Shown: positions 20,137 through 30,486 of the stretch, piece after piece
Numbering within the stretch: the stretch's first letter is position 1
Layout: each line of letters opens with the position of its first letter
Source of the DNA: Acidobacteriota bacterium
GTDB taxonomy: Bacteria > Acidobacteriota > UBA6911 > RPQK01 > JAJDTT01
NCBI GenBank assembly: GCA_965263035.1
Contig: OZ253580.1
Location: 4,736,001-4,800,000, forward strand
Length of the DNA stretch: 64,000 nucleotides
Direction: 5' to 3'
Program-made: the position numbers and the translations under genes
Notes under the pieces: generated by a model
Database searches by the model: none
What the model saw: only the letters and a program-made list of their open reading frames with translations
Told to the model about the DNA's origin: nothing

Positions 20137-22014
20137 ATGATTCTGCTGGTTGCCGCCATTCTCCTGATCTCTCCACTGCAGGCCGCCAAGGAGGCTCTGC
20201 CGAGCGAACCCCGGGCCCTCTACATCTATCCGGTGGGAGGACAGCGCGGATCCGCTGCGGAGGTGCAGATCGAGGGGCAGACGCTGCAAGGAACCTATGC
20301 CGTCTGGACCGACTGCCAGTCGCTGCGCGGTCGAGTGACGCGGATCGACGAGATCGATGTCCCTGAAGAGCAAGGCGCGGCGGCTCCGGCGGACTCTTTG
20401 AGCCATCGGGTCACCGTGGAAGTGGAGATCGCATCCACCGCTGCTCTGGGGGGGCATTCGCTCCGGCTGGTGTCGCCAAGGGGTGTCTCCGACCCCGTTC
20501 CGTTCCGAGTGAGCTCGGAACTGGAGCCGGTGATCAGAGAGGATTCGAGCCAGACCGGATCCGGCAAGCCGACCCGGGGCCAAGCCGTCGACTATCCGGT
20601 GGCTGTCAACGGACGGATCGGCAGGGCGGTGGGTGGCGAGGTCGACTACTACAGCTTCGATGTGGACGCGGGCCGCGAGCTCTATTTCGAGGTCTTCTTC
20701 CCGGGCATTGGCGCGCCGCTCCCCCCCAAGATGCTGCTGTATCTGTATCGGCACGAACCGAGTTGGGTGGACCCGCATCGCCTCCGGAGATTGGCATTCA
20801 ATGACGACCCCGTCGTTAACGAAGCCGGATTGTTTGCCGAGCACGGAACGGTTCACAAGGCGAGCTTGAAGCATCGATTCGTCGATTCGGGACGATATCT
20901 GATCGCGGTCAAGGGCTTCGACGACCGGGGCGGACCCCATTGGGTCTACCAACTTCGAATCGTCGACGCCACGGGTCAGGAGATCTCCGGCGACGTTCGC
21001 TCCTGGCCGCGGGCACATTCCGATCCGCACGCGTGGTACGAACGGAGGTTCCAAGCACATCTCTCCCCGGATCGCCTGCGGGAGATTGGGAAGCGAACCG
21101 TTCTCAGGGCTGGCGAGTCTCAGGCGCCATGGGGAGCTGCCGGATCGGCCGCGTCCTCGGGCTCGGGCCGGGTGTCTGACGCGACGGGACCGACTCCGGC
21201 GCCTGAAGCCATCCGGACCGCTTCCACCCATCGGATCGCTGGGAGTTCCGAGAGTGGCCGGGAATCGGCCCTGGTGACGCTACCCGCAATTGTCGAGGGT
21301 GTCATCGATCGTCCGGGCAAGGCTGACCGAGTCAGGTTCCAGGCCAGCGCAGGGCAGGCCGTGGCAGTGGAAGTGGAAACCCCCCGCGATGCAGTCCCCG
21401 TCTTTGTTCCTTGGGTTCAGGTTCTGGACGGGAACCAGGAGGTGGTCTTCAGCGCCATCTACAATCGGGTCACCGGCAACAACGTCATGCTGTTTCGGGA
21501 GCTCGAATCCAAGATGGTCTATACCTTCGACCGGGATGGAGAATTCACTCTGCAGATTCGCGAGTTGACGACCGGCCATGCGGGGTCCGGCTTCGCCTAC
21601 CGCGTGTTGATCCGGCCCCAGATCCCTCACGTCGGGCAGTTGAAGGTGGAGCCGGAGCACCTCAACCTCGCGCCGGGCCAAGCCAAGCAGCTGACCGTGA
21701 CGGTGGAACGCGAAGAGCAGTTCGACGGTGAAGTTGCTCTCGCCGTCGACGGTCTGCCGGAAGGTGTGCACGCCTACGCGACGGCGGTTCCGGAGGCGGA
21801 ACGCCCCCCCGCCTTCGACGAATCCGAGAAACACATGTTCCGTCCCGAGACCCAGAAGGTCTCCATCACGCTGATGGCCGAGGACGGAGCCTCGACTACG
21901 AGACTGCCCCGCGTCGTGCGAGTCAGAGCCCGGGCCATCGTGGGCGGGAAAACGGGACCCCTGATCCCGGTGGGCGACATCCCATTGATGGTGGTGGCGC
22001 CTCCCTCGTCGTAG
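20137..22014 (+). CDS. Secreted PPC (pre-peptidase C-terminal) domain protein of DUF1553/DUF1501 clusters
   Basis: IYPVGGQRGS, PVAVNGRIG...VDYYSF, VEGVIDRPGKADRVRF; start uncertain (ORF open from 20032). Confidence 0.8.
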   Translation: MILLVAAILLISPLQAAKEALPSEPRALYIYPVGGQRGSAAEVQIEGQTLQGTYAVWTDCQSLRGRVTRIDEIDVPEEQGAAAPADSLSHRVTVEVEIASTAALGGHSLRLVSPRGVSDPVPFRVSSELEPVIREDSSQTGSGKPTRGQAVDYPVAVNGRIGRAVGGEVDYYSFDVDAGRELYFEVFFPGIGAPLPPKMLLYLYRHEPSWVDPHRLRRLAFNDDPVVNEAGLFAEHGTVHKASLKHRFVDSGRYLIAVKGFDDRGGPHWVYQLRIVDATGQEISGDVRSWPRAHSDPHAWYERRFQAHLSPDRLREIGKRTVLRAGESQAPWGAAGSAASSGSGRVSDATGPTPAPEAIRTASTHRIAGSSESGRESALVTLPAIVEGVIDRPGKADRVRFQASAGQAVAVEVETPRDAVPVFVPWVQVLDGNQEVVFSAIYNRVTGNNVMLFRELESKMVYTFDRDGEFTLQIRELTTGHAGSGFAYRVLIRPQIPHVGQLKVEPEHLNLAPGQAKQLTVTVEREEQFDGEVALAVDGLPEGVHAYATAVPEAERPPAFDESEKHMFRPETQKVSITLMAEDGASTTRLPRVVRVRARAIVGGKTGPLIPVGDIPLMVVAPPSS

Positions 22015-22174
22015 GAGTCTGCGCGGCAGAAATGATCGTAGCGAGAAAGTGGGGAATCGAGGCCAGATTTTCCCGATTTGGAGGTGTATAGTCGTTCTAT
22101 TCGCCGAGAAATCGGGGAAATATGGACCGATTCTACCGCTTTCGCAGTAGATCAATTTCTGCCGCGCAGGCTCC
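22014..22174. mobile_element. MITE family 1, copy 2
   Basis: GGAGTCTGCGCG...CGCGCAGGCTCC flanked by TA; near-identical to copies 1 and 3. Confidence 0.9.
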
Positions 22175-22208
22175 TAGCCGGCGGCGATCCTGACGGAGAA
22201 AGGATGCC

Positions 22209-24728
22209 TTGATCAGATCGTTCCTGACCTCTATCGCTCCCCTCTTGCTCGGTCTTTCCGTAGCTCACGGGAGCCATGCAATGCCTCCGGTTCCGAGCCA
22301 CGAGCCGGCGTTGCTCTCGGCTCGGATTTTTCCCGAATCGGCCATACTTCGGGAGAAGGGAGCCTCGCAACGGTTCCTCGTGATCGGCACGTTTGCCGAC
22401 GGCCTGGAGCGGGATCTGACTTCGGCCAGCCGTTTCTACCTCGACGACTCCAGCCTCGCGGGGGTCAGCGAGGCGGGCCGGGTCATGGCGCTGGCCGATG
22501 GCGAGACCGAGTTGGAAGCCGAGATTCAGGGACACAAACTCAGAGCCGCCGTTCGGGTCTTGGACTCGGAACGGGAGCCCCCGCTGAGCTTCGAGCGCGC
22601 CGTCTCTCCCGTTCTCACCAAGAACGGCTGCAACGACAGCGGCTGTCACGGCGGCGTCAAGGGAAGAGGCGGCTTCAAGTTGTCGCTCAACTCCCTGAAT
22701 CCTCCCGAGGACTACAACTGGATCGTCAAGGGGGGCGTCTACCACGTGCTTTCGCCAGAGGCAGGCGAGCCGATGGTGCCGCGGATCGATCTGGCCGCGC
22801 CGGCCGAGAGCCTTCTGCTGAAGAAGCCGACCATGGAAATCCCCCATGGAGGCGGGCCCCGCTTCGAGACGGATTCCCAGGAATACGAGACGATCCTGAA
22901 CTGGGTCTCCAACGGCGCGCCCTTTGAGGCGAAAGGGGACGTCGACGTTCCACGGATCGAGGAGGTGTCGGTCTACCCCGAGGAAATCGTCCTGGACCAG
23001 AAGGGAGTCCATCGCCTGGCGGTCACGGCCAGGTTGTCCGACGGCCGGACCCGGGATATCAGCGATGAGGTTCGCTACGAATCCCAGAACCGGGCCGTCG
23101 TCAAAGTGGACGCCGCCGGCGTGGTCACCGCTGTGAAGACCGGTGAGACCAACGTCCTGGTTCGAGCCGCCGGCCATACGGTTCACGCCCGCATCGGTGT
23201 CATCGCCGAGCCCATTGTCGATTACCCGGACGTCCCCGAGTGGAACTTCATCGACCGGCACGTCATCGCCAAGCTGAAACGGTTTCACCTGATCCCGTCG
23301 GAGCTCTCGGACGACTCGGAGTTCCTGCGGAGGGTCTGTCTGGATGTCATCGGCACTCTGCCGCCGCCCAACCGAGTCCGCGAATTCCTGGAGGATTCCG
23401 ATCCGGACAAGCGAAACAAGCTGATCCAGATTCTGCTGGATTCGCCGGAATATGTGGACTTCTGGACCTTCCGCTTTTCCGACCTTCTTCGGGTGGTGCA
23501 GGGACCCAACTACAGCCAGCTCTACTGGGAGTGGATTCGAACCAGCGTCGCGTCCGACAAACCGTACGATCAGATGGCCCGGGAGCGTCTGAACGCCCAG
23601 GGCCGGGACCGGCCGTCAAGGCACTACTTCGAGAACAACTCGCAGCCGGAAAGGATCCTCTCCGAGGAGCTTCGCGTGTACACGGGGCGGCGCTTCGACT
23701 GCGCCCAGTGCCACGACCATCCCTTCGAGCCCTGGTCCCAGGATCAGTTCTGGGGGCTGGCCGCCTTCTTCGGAAACCTCGACTTCATCGGCTATTACGA
23801 CATGGCCTTCGACAACCCGGCCGGGGGGTATGGAGACAAGGGAAAGGCGGGGCCGTTGAAGCATCCCCGAAAGAAGACCGTGGTCCACCCGGAATTCCTG
23901 GATGGGACCCCGTTGCCGGAGGAGTTGAGACCGAACCAGCGCCGGGAACTGGCCAAGTGGCTCACCTCTCATCCCTACTTTTCCGAAGCCTTCGTCAATC
24001 GGGTCTGGGGGTACTTTTTCGGGAGGGGGATCGTCGATCCGGTGGACGATTTCAAAGCCTCCAATCCAGCGACTCACCCGGAGTTGCTCAACGCCTTGGC
24101 CGCCGACTTCCGGGAGAACGGACACGACCTCAAACGCCTGATTCGGTTGATCGTCCAATCCAGGACCTATCAACTGTCGAGCCAGCCCAACCAGAACAAC
24201 CGGGATGATCGGTTCAACTACTCTCATTACCTGCCGAGACCCCTGGAAGCGGAGGTGCTCCTGGACGCCATTTCCCAAGTGGCCGGTGTTCCCGAAGTCT
24301 TTCACGAAAAACCGGAGTCGCCGGGCGGGCAGCCTCCGGATGGGACCCGGGCCATCCAGCTGAAGGCTCCGGTGCGTTATTTCTCCCATTTTCTGGACCT
24401 TTACGGGCGCCCCATGCGGTACGCGCTGCCGGAGCGGGACGCCGGTCCCAGTGTCTCGCAGGCCCTGCATCTCTACGCCGGGAAGACATACACTGAAAAA
24501 CTGACCCGGGACGGCGGAAGAATCAGCCGGTTGCTCCAGGATGAGATGGGCCAAGGAAAAATCATCGAAGAACTCTATCTGGCGTCATTGTCCCGTTTGC
24601 CCACCGGCGACGAGAAAGATCAGTTGGAAGGAGTGCTGGCAGGAATCACCAAGCTGGATCGGAAGCAGAGGTTTGCCGATCTGACCTGGGCATTGCTCAC
24701 ATCCAGGGAGTTTGCGTATAACCATTGA
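22209..24728 (+). CDS. DUF1549/DUF1553 protein with Ig-like domains
   Basis: GCNDSGCHG..KGRGGFKLSL, FLRRVCLDVIGTLP, CAQCHDHPF, VNRVWGYFFGRGIVDPVDD, SREFAYNH. Confidence 0.93.
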   Translation: MIRSFLTSIAPLLLGLSVAHGSHAMPPVPSHEPALLSARIFPESAILREKGASQRFLVIGTFADGLERDLTSASRFYLDDSSLAGVSEAGRVMALADGETELEAEIQGHKLRAAVRVLDSEREPPLSFERAVSPVLTKNGCNDSGCHGGVKGRGGFKLSLNSLNPPEDYNWIVKGGVYHVLSPEAGEPMVPRIDLAAPAESLLLKKPTMEIPHGGGPRFETDSQEYETILNWVSNGAPFEAKGDVDVPRIEEVSVYPEEIVLDQKGVHRLAVTARLSDGRTRDISDEVRYESQNRAVVKVDAAGVVTAVKTGETNVLVRAAGHTVHARIGVIAEPIVDYPDVPEWNFIDRHVIAKLKRFHLIPSELSDDSEFLRRVCLDVIGTLPPPNRVREFLEDSDPDKRNKLIQILLDSPEYVDFWTFRFSDLLRVVQGPNYSQLYWEWIRTSVASDKPYDQMARERLNAQGRDRPSRHYFENNSQPERILSEELRVYTGRRFDCAQCHDHPFEPWSQDQFWGLAAFFGNLDFIGYYDMAFDNPAGGYGDKGKAGPLKHPRKKTVVHPEFLDGTPLPEELRPNQRRELAKWLTSHPYFSEAFVNRVWGYFFGRGIVDPVDDFKASNPATHPELLNALAADFRENGHDLKRLIRLIVQSRTYQLSSQPNQNNRDDRFNYSHYLPRPLEAEVLLDAISQVAGVPEVFHEKPESPGGQPPDGTRAIQLKAPVRYFSHFLDLYGRPMRYALPERDAGPSVSQALHLYAGKTYTEKLTRDGGRISRLLQDEMGQGKIIEELYLASLSRLPTGDEKDQLEGVLAGITKLDRKQRFADLTWALLTSREFAYNH

Positions 24729-24778
24729 CGGACCCACAGGCCCTTCTTGGGTCTGGATCGTGGAGGTGTTGGACTCGG

Positions 24779-26131
24779 ATGAAGAAAGTCGGTTGTCTGA
24801 CCTGTACCGAAGAGGAACTAGGTAGGCGGGATTTCCTGCGGGTGGGCTCGGTGGGCGCCCTCGGCCTCAGCCTGAGCCAGATTCTGCAGTGGGAAAGCCT
24901 GATGGCGAGCTCGGCCGCGCCGGCGGTTCGTGCCAAGAAGGCGGAGGCCTGCATCCTACTTTGGCTGGGGGGTGGTCCCAGTCAGATGGACACCTGGGAC
25001 CCTAAACCCACCAACAGCGCCTTCAAACCCATCGCCACCAATGTCGACGGCATCCAGGTCTCGGAGATCCTCCCCCTGACCGCCCGGCACATGGACAAGC
25101 TCTCCATCGTTCGGTCCATGCACACCGAGGAGAACAATCACCCTCAGGGACACCACTACGTCCTCACCGGGCACCGCCCCAACGCCGTCGACAAGTTTCC
25201 CAGCTTCCCTTCCATCATCACCAAGGAACTGGGACCCCGGGGCGAGGTGCCGCCCCATGTCCTCTGTCCCGGCTGGGACTCGGCCGATGCCAAGCGCTAC
25301 AACGATCTGTTTCGTTCCGCTTTCCTGGGCGCCGCCTACGATCCCATGATCCTGGCGGACCGGGGAGAGAAGGGGATCGACGTCACGGATCTGGTCCTGC
25401 CCCAGTCCTTTCCGGTGGAGAGCCTGGAGAACCGCAGTTCCTTTCTCAAGATCGTGGATCGTCACTACCGCCAGAAGGTGGAATTGGCCGAGTTCTCCAA
25501 CATGGACGGCTTCCGCGAGCAGGCTCTGCAGATGATCCTGTCTCCCGCGGTGCGGGACGCCTTCGATCTTTCTCGCGAGCCGGAAAAGATGAAGGAAGCC
25601 TACGGCAAACACAAGTTCGGGCAGAGTGTCCTGCTGGCCCGGCGTCTGGTGGAAGCCGGCAGCCGCTTCGTGACCGCCAACGGCTACAGCCACAACGTCT
25701 GGGACACGCACGGCGACAACGACGCGAAACACCGGGACGAGTTGGTGCCGCCCCTGGATCGGGCGCTTTCGACCCTGATGGAGGACCTGCACCAGAGAGG
25801 CCTCCTGGAGACGACCGTGGTCCTGGTGATGGGCGAGTTCGGCCGGACGCCCCACCTGAATCCGAACAACGGACGCGACCACTGGCCCGAATGCTGGTCG
25901 CTGGCCCTCGGTGGCGGAGGCATCCGTGGAGGTCAAGTGGTCGGCGCCAGCGACGAACGCGGCGGGTACGTGGCCGAGCGCATGGTCACCATGGGAGACC
26001 TGCACGCCACCATCTACAAGGCCCTGGGGATCGACTGGAACAAGGAATTGATGAGCCCCACGGGCCGCCCCGTCAAGATTGCCAACTCCATCGACGACCT
26101 GACCGGAGTCCCGCTCAAGGAGTTGGTCTGA
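24779..26131 (+). CDS. DUF1501 domain protein (Tat-like signal)
   Basis: GRRDFL; CILLWLGGGPSQMDTWDPKP, WDTH, GEFGRTP, GRDHW; start uncertain (24725 or 24779). Confidence 0.92.
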   Translation: MKKVGCLTCTEEELGRRDFLRVGSVGALGLSLSQILQWESLMASSAAPAVRAKKAEACILLWLGGGPSQMDTWDPKPTNSAFKPIATNVDGIQVSEILPLTARHMDKLSIVRSMHTEENNHPQGHHYVLTGHRPNAVDKFPSFPSIITKELGPRGEVPPHVLCPGWDSADAKRYNDLFRSAFLGAAYDPMILADRGEKGIDVTDLVLPQSFPVESLENRSSFLKIVDRHYRQKVELAEFSNMDGFREQALQMILSPAVRDAFDLSREPEKMKEAYGKHKFGQSVLLARRLVEAGSRFVTANGYSHNVWDTHGDNDAKHRDELVPPLDRALSTLMEDLHQRGLLETTVVLVMGEFGRTPHLNPNNGRDHWPECWSLALGGGGIRGGQVVGASDERGGYVAERMVTMGDLHATIYKALGIDWNKELMSPTGRPVKIANSIDDLTGVPLKELV

Positions 26132-27171
26132 GCCGGTCCGAAATCCCGTTCTCTCGGGTCTCTCCAACTCGATCCGGAGACCGGTTCAGGCGCCGAGACC
26201 TGCTGCTGGGCGGGTCCGCCTCGGCGGCCGCACTGGTATCCGCGTGCACCCGGGCCGAGCCTGACGGGCAGCGGGAAGAGATCCGAATCTCCTTCGTCGG
26301 AGCGGTGCTCAACAACCCCTTCTGGGACCAGATAGCCCGGGGCGCCCGGGCCGCCGGCCGGGATCTGGCCGGGACGGCCGTGACCTATTCCGCGCCCGAA
26401 GAGTTCAGTCTGGCCAATATCAGCGCGCTGATCCATGGAGTGATCGCCGGGTCTCCGGACGGCATCGCCATCGACTACCGGGGACGGGAATTCGAGGAGG
26501 TCACCCGGCTGGCCCTGGATCGCGGAATCGCCATCCAGTTCTTCAACAACTTCCAGGGGTTCGATTCCGGAGATCCCAGGATCGTGCGGCTGTCGGAGAC
26601 GGCGGTTGGTCTGGACAAGATGGAGGCCGCTCGCCGGAGCGGGGAAGCGTTTCTCGAACATCTGAAGCCCGACGATCCCGTGGTTCTGTTCAACGGACTC
26701 CCGGACTCTCCGGAGCACCTGGTCATCCAGAACGCCTATCTCAAGGTATTCGCCGAAGCCGGCTGGACCCGGGAGCGGATCGAGCTGTTTCCGGTGGGAT
26801 TGGATCCGGCCCAGAACTTTCAGCTCATGAAGGTCTACCTGACGGCGCACCCCGGGACCCGCGGCATCGTCTGCTGGGATTCGCTGACGGGATCGGCGGC
26901 GGCCCGGGCCAAGGCGGACGTGGGACTGGACATCCCGGTCTTGAGCTGGAATCTGGATTCGATCACCCTGCGAAGTGTGAGGGAGGGGGCTCTGACCCTG
27001 ACTCTGAGCCAACAGCCGTACCTCCAAGCCTACTATGCGGTGGTCGCTCTCTACCTCAAGCTCAGGCACGGAGTCCTGGAAACGCCGTTCGTCGATCCGG
27101 GCCGGCTGCTCGTGGACCGATCCAACATCGACCAGGTGGAAGATCTGTTCAATCGGGGAGTCCTGGGATAG
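26128..27171 (+). CDS. Sugar ABC transporter substrate-binding lipoprotein (RbsB-like), probable CTG start
   Basis: FRRRDLL Tat motif, VSAC lipobox, NNPFWDQIARGA, SQQPYLQAY; SD AAGGAG at 26117-26122. Confidence 0.82.
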   Translation: MSRSEIPFSRVSPTRSGDRFRRRDLLLGGSASAAALVSACTRAEPDGQREEIRISFVGAVLNNPFWDQIARGARAAGRDLAGTAVTYSAPEEFSLANISALIHGVIAGSPDGIAIDYRGREFEEVTRLALDRGIAIQFFNNFQGFDSGDPRIVRLSETAVGLDKMEAARRSGEAFLEHLKPDDPVVLFNGLPDSPEHLVIQNAYLKVFAEAGWTRERIELFPVGLDPAQNFQLMKVYLTAHPGTRGIVCWDSLTGSAAARAKADVGLDIPVLSWNLDSITLRSVREGALTLTLSQQPYLQAYYAVVALYLKLRHGVLETPFVDPGRLLVDRSNIDQVEDLFNRGVLG

Positions 27172-27331
27172 GGCAATAAGAGAAATCAACAAAAACAACT
27201 ATAAAATTATATACGCAACTAACTGCATAAGTATGTACAACTATATGCAAGTATTCAAATAGCAATATATAATATACATAAATAAATAAGTCTGAATTCA
27301 AATATAAACCTTCATATATGGGAATTGGGAA

Positions 27332-28327
27332 GTGAATAGGGTGAGTCGCTTCCTGATGCGGGGCCTCCGGCGTCCCGAGTCGGGTCCCCTCGTGGGCTTG
27401 CTGGCTCTGGGACTCCTGTTCGAGATCCTCTCGGGCGGCAAGTTCCTGACCTTCCCCCAGCTGAGCGCTCTGGCCGCTCTCTCGGCCTCGCTGGGCATGG
27501 TGGCCCTGGGCGTGACCCTGCTCATGATCAGCGGGGAGTTCGACCTCTCCGTCTCTCAGACCTTCGCCTTGGCGCCTATCGTCATGGGCCGCCTGATCAC
27601 CGATCTGGACTGGCCGGCGGCTGCTGCCCTTGGGTTGGCGCTGGCGGCCGTGCTGCTGGTGGGTCTGATCAACGGTTTGTTGACCACGCTGGCCCGAATC
27701 CCTTCGCTGATCGTGACCCTGGGGATGTTGTTCGCCGTCACCAGCCTGAATCGGATCCTGGCCGGCGGCTATCCGGTTCAGGTCTATGGCCTGGAGAGTC
27801 CGCTGATCCGCCTCATGGGAGAGGACGTTCCGGCCACGCCCGTTGGCGCCCCCTTTCTCTGGATGTTGTCCGTGGCGGCCATTCTCTGGTTTGTCCTGGA
27901 GCGGATCGGCTACGGAAACTGGACCCGGGCCGCCGGGCACTCGGGTGGAAGCGTGGCCCGAGCCATGGGTGTGCCCGTCGCCAGAGTCAAGCTGACCAAC
28001 TTTGCCCTGTGCGCGGGGCTGGCAGGATTGGCGGGCTGTCTTCAGCTGGCGGATTTCGGGTCGTCCGGCGTGAGTTCGGGAGAAAACTCCAACCTGCTGG
28101 CCATCGTGGCCGTAGTCATGGGGGGCACCTCTCTCTTCGGGGTTCGCGGAACCATTCTGGGGACGCTGCTGGGGACCCTGATCCTGGGCGCGCTCAAGAC
28201 CGGACTGATCCTGGTGGGGACCAGGGGCGAATACTACACGGGGCTGATCGGCGTCCTGCTGTTGGTTGTGGCGGTGATCAACGCCCGAGCGGAGTCAGTA
28301 CGCCGCGGGGGTGAGAACAGCTCGTGA
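27332..28327 (+). CDS. Sugar ABC transporter permease (RbsC-like)
   Basis: ISGEFDLSV, IPSLIVTLG, AVVMGGTSLFG. Confidence 0.95.
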   Translation: MNRVSRFLMRGLRRPESGPLVGLLALGLLFEILSGGKFLTFPQLSALAALSASLGMVALGVTLLMISGEFDLSVSQTFALAPIVMGRLITDLDWPAAAALGLALAAVLLVGLINGLLTTLARIPSLIVTLGMLFAVTSLNRILAGGYPVQVYGLESPLIRLMGEDVPATPVGAPFLWMLSVAAILWFVLERIGYGNWTRAAGHSGGSVARAMGVPVARVKLTNFALCAGLAGLAGCLQLADFGSSGVSSGENSNLLAIVAVVMGGTSLFGVRGTILGTLLGTLILGALKTGLILVGTRGEYYTGLIGVLLLVVAVINARAESVRRGGENSS

Positions 28328-29106
28328 ACAGCCCAGTGGGATCCCCCCAACCGGTCGTGGAATTGATGGAGGTGTCCAAGGCCTACGGCGAAGTGGAGGT
28401 GCTGGGAAACGTCACTCTCAGCCTGGGCGCCGGGGAAGTGGTGGCGCTGGTCGGAGACAACGGGGCCGGCAAGTCCACGCTGGTCAAGATCGTCAGCGGT
28501 TATCTGAGGCCGACCTCGGGAAGGCTGGTCGTGGGGGGCCGGGAGGTCCGGTTTGCATCCCCCCGGGAAGCCCGCCGGTGCGGGATCGAGACCGTCTATC
28601 AGGATCTGGCCATCATCGGCCAGCTGAGCCTGTGGCGGAACTTCTTCCTGGGTCAGGAAATGAGGAGAAAGTGGCTCGGCGTGAGGGTCCTGGACCGGAA
28701 CGCCATGAGAAGGATCTGTCTCGAACGGCTCCGCGATTTCGGCTTGGAGAGTGTCCGCTCGCCGGACCAGCTGGCGGCGTCCCTGTCGGGAGGGGAGCGC
28801 CAGACCCTCGCCATCGCCAGGTCGGTCCACTTCGAATCGCGACTGCTGATACTGGACGAGCCGGTGGCCTCACTTTCCGTACGGGAGGTCCGCCGGGTTC
28901 ACGACACCATTGACCAGGCCAGGAACCGGGGGTTGGGCATCCTCTACATCGACCACAACATGAATCACGTGGTTCCCGTAGCCGACCGGATCGCCGTCCT
29001 GGAGCGGGGCCGCCTCAAGACGGTGGTGCACAGGGGTGAGGTGAGCGCCGCCGACCTGAACGACCTGCTGGCCCGAGAAGCGGGAGCGGCGGTTTCCAAC
29101 CGCTGA
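28324..29106 (+). CDS. Sugar ABC transporter ATP-binding protein
   Basis: Walker A GDNGAGKST, LSGGE signature, LILDEP. Confidence 0.95.
   Translation: MNSPVGSPQPVVELMEVSKAYGEVEVLGNVTLSLGAGEVVALVGDNGAGKSTLVKIVSGYLRPTSGRLVVGGREVRFASPREARRCGIETVYQDLAIIGQLSLWRNFFLGQEMRRKWLGVRVLDRNAMRRICLERLRDFGLESVRSPDQLAASLSGGERQTLAIARSVHFESRLLILDEPVASLSVREVRRVHDTIDQARNRGLGILYIDHNMNHVVPVADRIAVLERGRLKTVVHRGEVSAADLNDLLAREAGAAVSNR
29083..29103 (+). repeat. REP copy forming the 3' end of the ABC ATPase gene
   Basis: GGAGCGGCGGTTTCCAACCGC, 21-nt match to the reverse complement of 52582..52602. Confidence 0.8.
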
Positions 29107-29536
29107 ACAGGAGTATCCATGTTGCAAGTGGTGGGTGCTAATCGGTGTTTCCATCCCGTGTCGTTAGTACGTGATCTGTCCGGTCCAAAGGGCACAGGGT
29201 TAGGAGGAGCGTTCTTCCGCCGGAGGTGAGGCGGAGATCGAGCTGGATCCAGCGGGCGCCGTGCAGGGGGCGATGAGTGGACGGATCAACTGGATCGAGG
29301 GACCTGAGATCGTCGACGTCAGTCCTCCGGGAGGTCCGGATACGCCCTGGGGAGCGTCGGGTCAAGCCTCCGGCTCCTCCGCTTCGCTGCGACCCTTCGG
29401 GTGACCCGGCGCTCCCCAGGGCGTGAAGAGCTTTCATGGCCGTAAGCAAGCTTCCGGCCAGACTTGACCGGAAGTTCGACAGACGGCCATCAGGGGGTCC
29501 ACACGCTCCCTTTCCTCACGGGGTCTCTCCGTGGCC

Positions 29537-30485
29537 TCAGAAGGTCGCTCGGGGCGCTACGGGCAACCAGGTGCGGTCCTGCCGGACGAGGGTGTTGGCC
29601 AGGACGATAAGCTTGCGCATGACGGCGACGAGGGCCACCTTGCCGGGCTTTCCGCGCTCGCTCAGCCTCCGGTACACCTCGGCCAAGTCGGGGTTCCAGC
29701 GCAGGGTGGACACGGCCGGCATGTACAGGAGCCGTCGCGCCCGCGCCCGTCCGCCCCGGATGAAGGCCCGGCCCTGCCAAGCCCCCGACTCGCGCGGAAC
29801 GGCGGCCAACCCGGCCAGACTGGCGGCGGCCTTGCCGCTGAGGGCGCCCAGCTCGGGCATCTCGGCCAGCAGACCGGCGGCGGTGGTGGCCGCGATCCCC
29901 GGGATGGAGGTGAGGATCTCCAACTTGCGGGCCCGCGCCTCGTCGGCCGCAATCAGCGTCTGCAATTTGCGGTCGATGGCGCGCAGGTGGCGCTCGAACA
30001 TGTTGATCTGGATCTGGTTCTGCTGTTTGAGCAGGGGTTCGCGGAGCTGTCGGCGGCGGTTGAGCGTGGCCGTGCGCTGGCGCATCAGCGCGTCCCGGGA
30101 CGTCTGCAGATCCTGGAGCCGGCGTTGCGTTTTGGACGGCACCTGGGTCCGGCGCGGCTCCAGCGTGGCGGCCAGCTGGGCCAGTTTCCGAGCGTCTACG
30201 GCGTCGGTCTTGGCGCGGCTCCCGGTCGCCTCGGCGAAGCGCCGCGCCTGCCAGGGGTTCACCTTCGCCAGCGGCAGCTTCGCTTTGGACAGCGCTTCCT
30301 CGAGGTCCCGGTGGTAGGGGCCGGTGGCCTCGTACGCGACGCACTCGACCGGAGTTCCGATCCAATCGATCAGCGCCCGGAAGCCGGCCGGGTCATTGTC
30401 GAACTGGGCGGAATGGCCGTCGGCCAGCCGGTGCGCGTCCAGGTGCGCTTTCGAGATGTCGATGTCTAGCGGTATGCTGTTTCAT
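29537..30485 (-). pseudogene. IS110 DEDD recombinase, frameshifted near codon 6
   Basis: DIDISKAHLD, YEATGPYH, AKTDAVDA, SIPGI, ESG, KVALVAVMRKL continuous from 30469; the SD-preceded ATG at 30485 is one base out of frame. Confidence 0.88.
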
Positions 30486-30486
30486 C

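Noticed and set aside
29138-29449. 103-aa ORF in the IS110 right end as a passenger gene
   Set aside because: No SD, no motif, and it runs through strong hairpins; more likely non-coding
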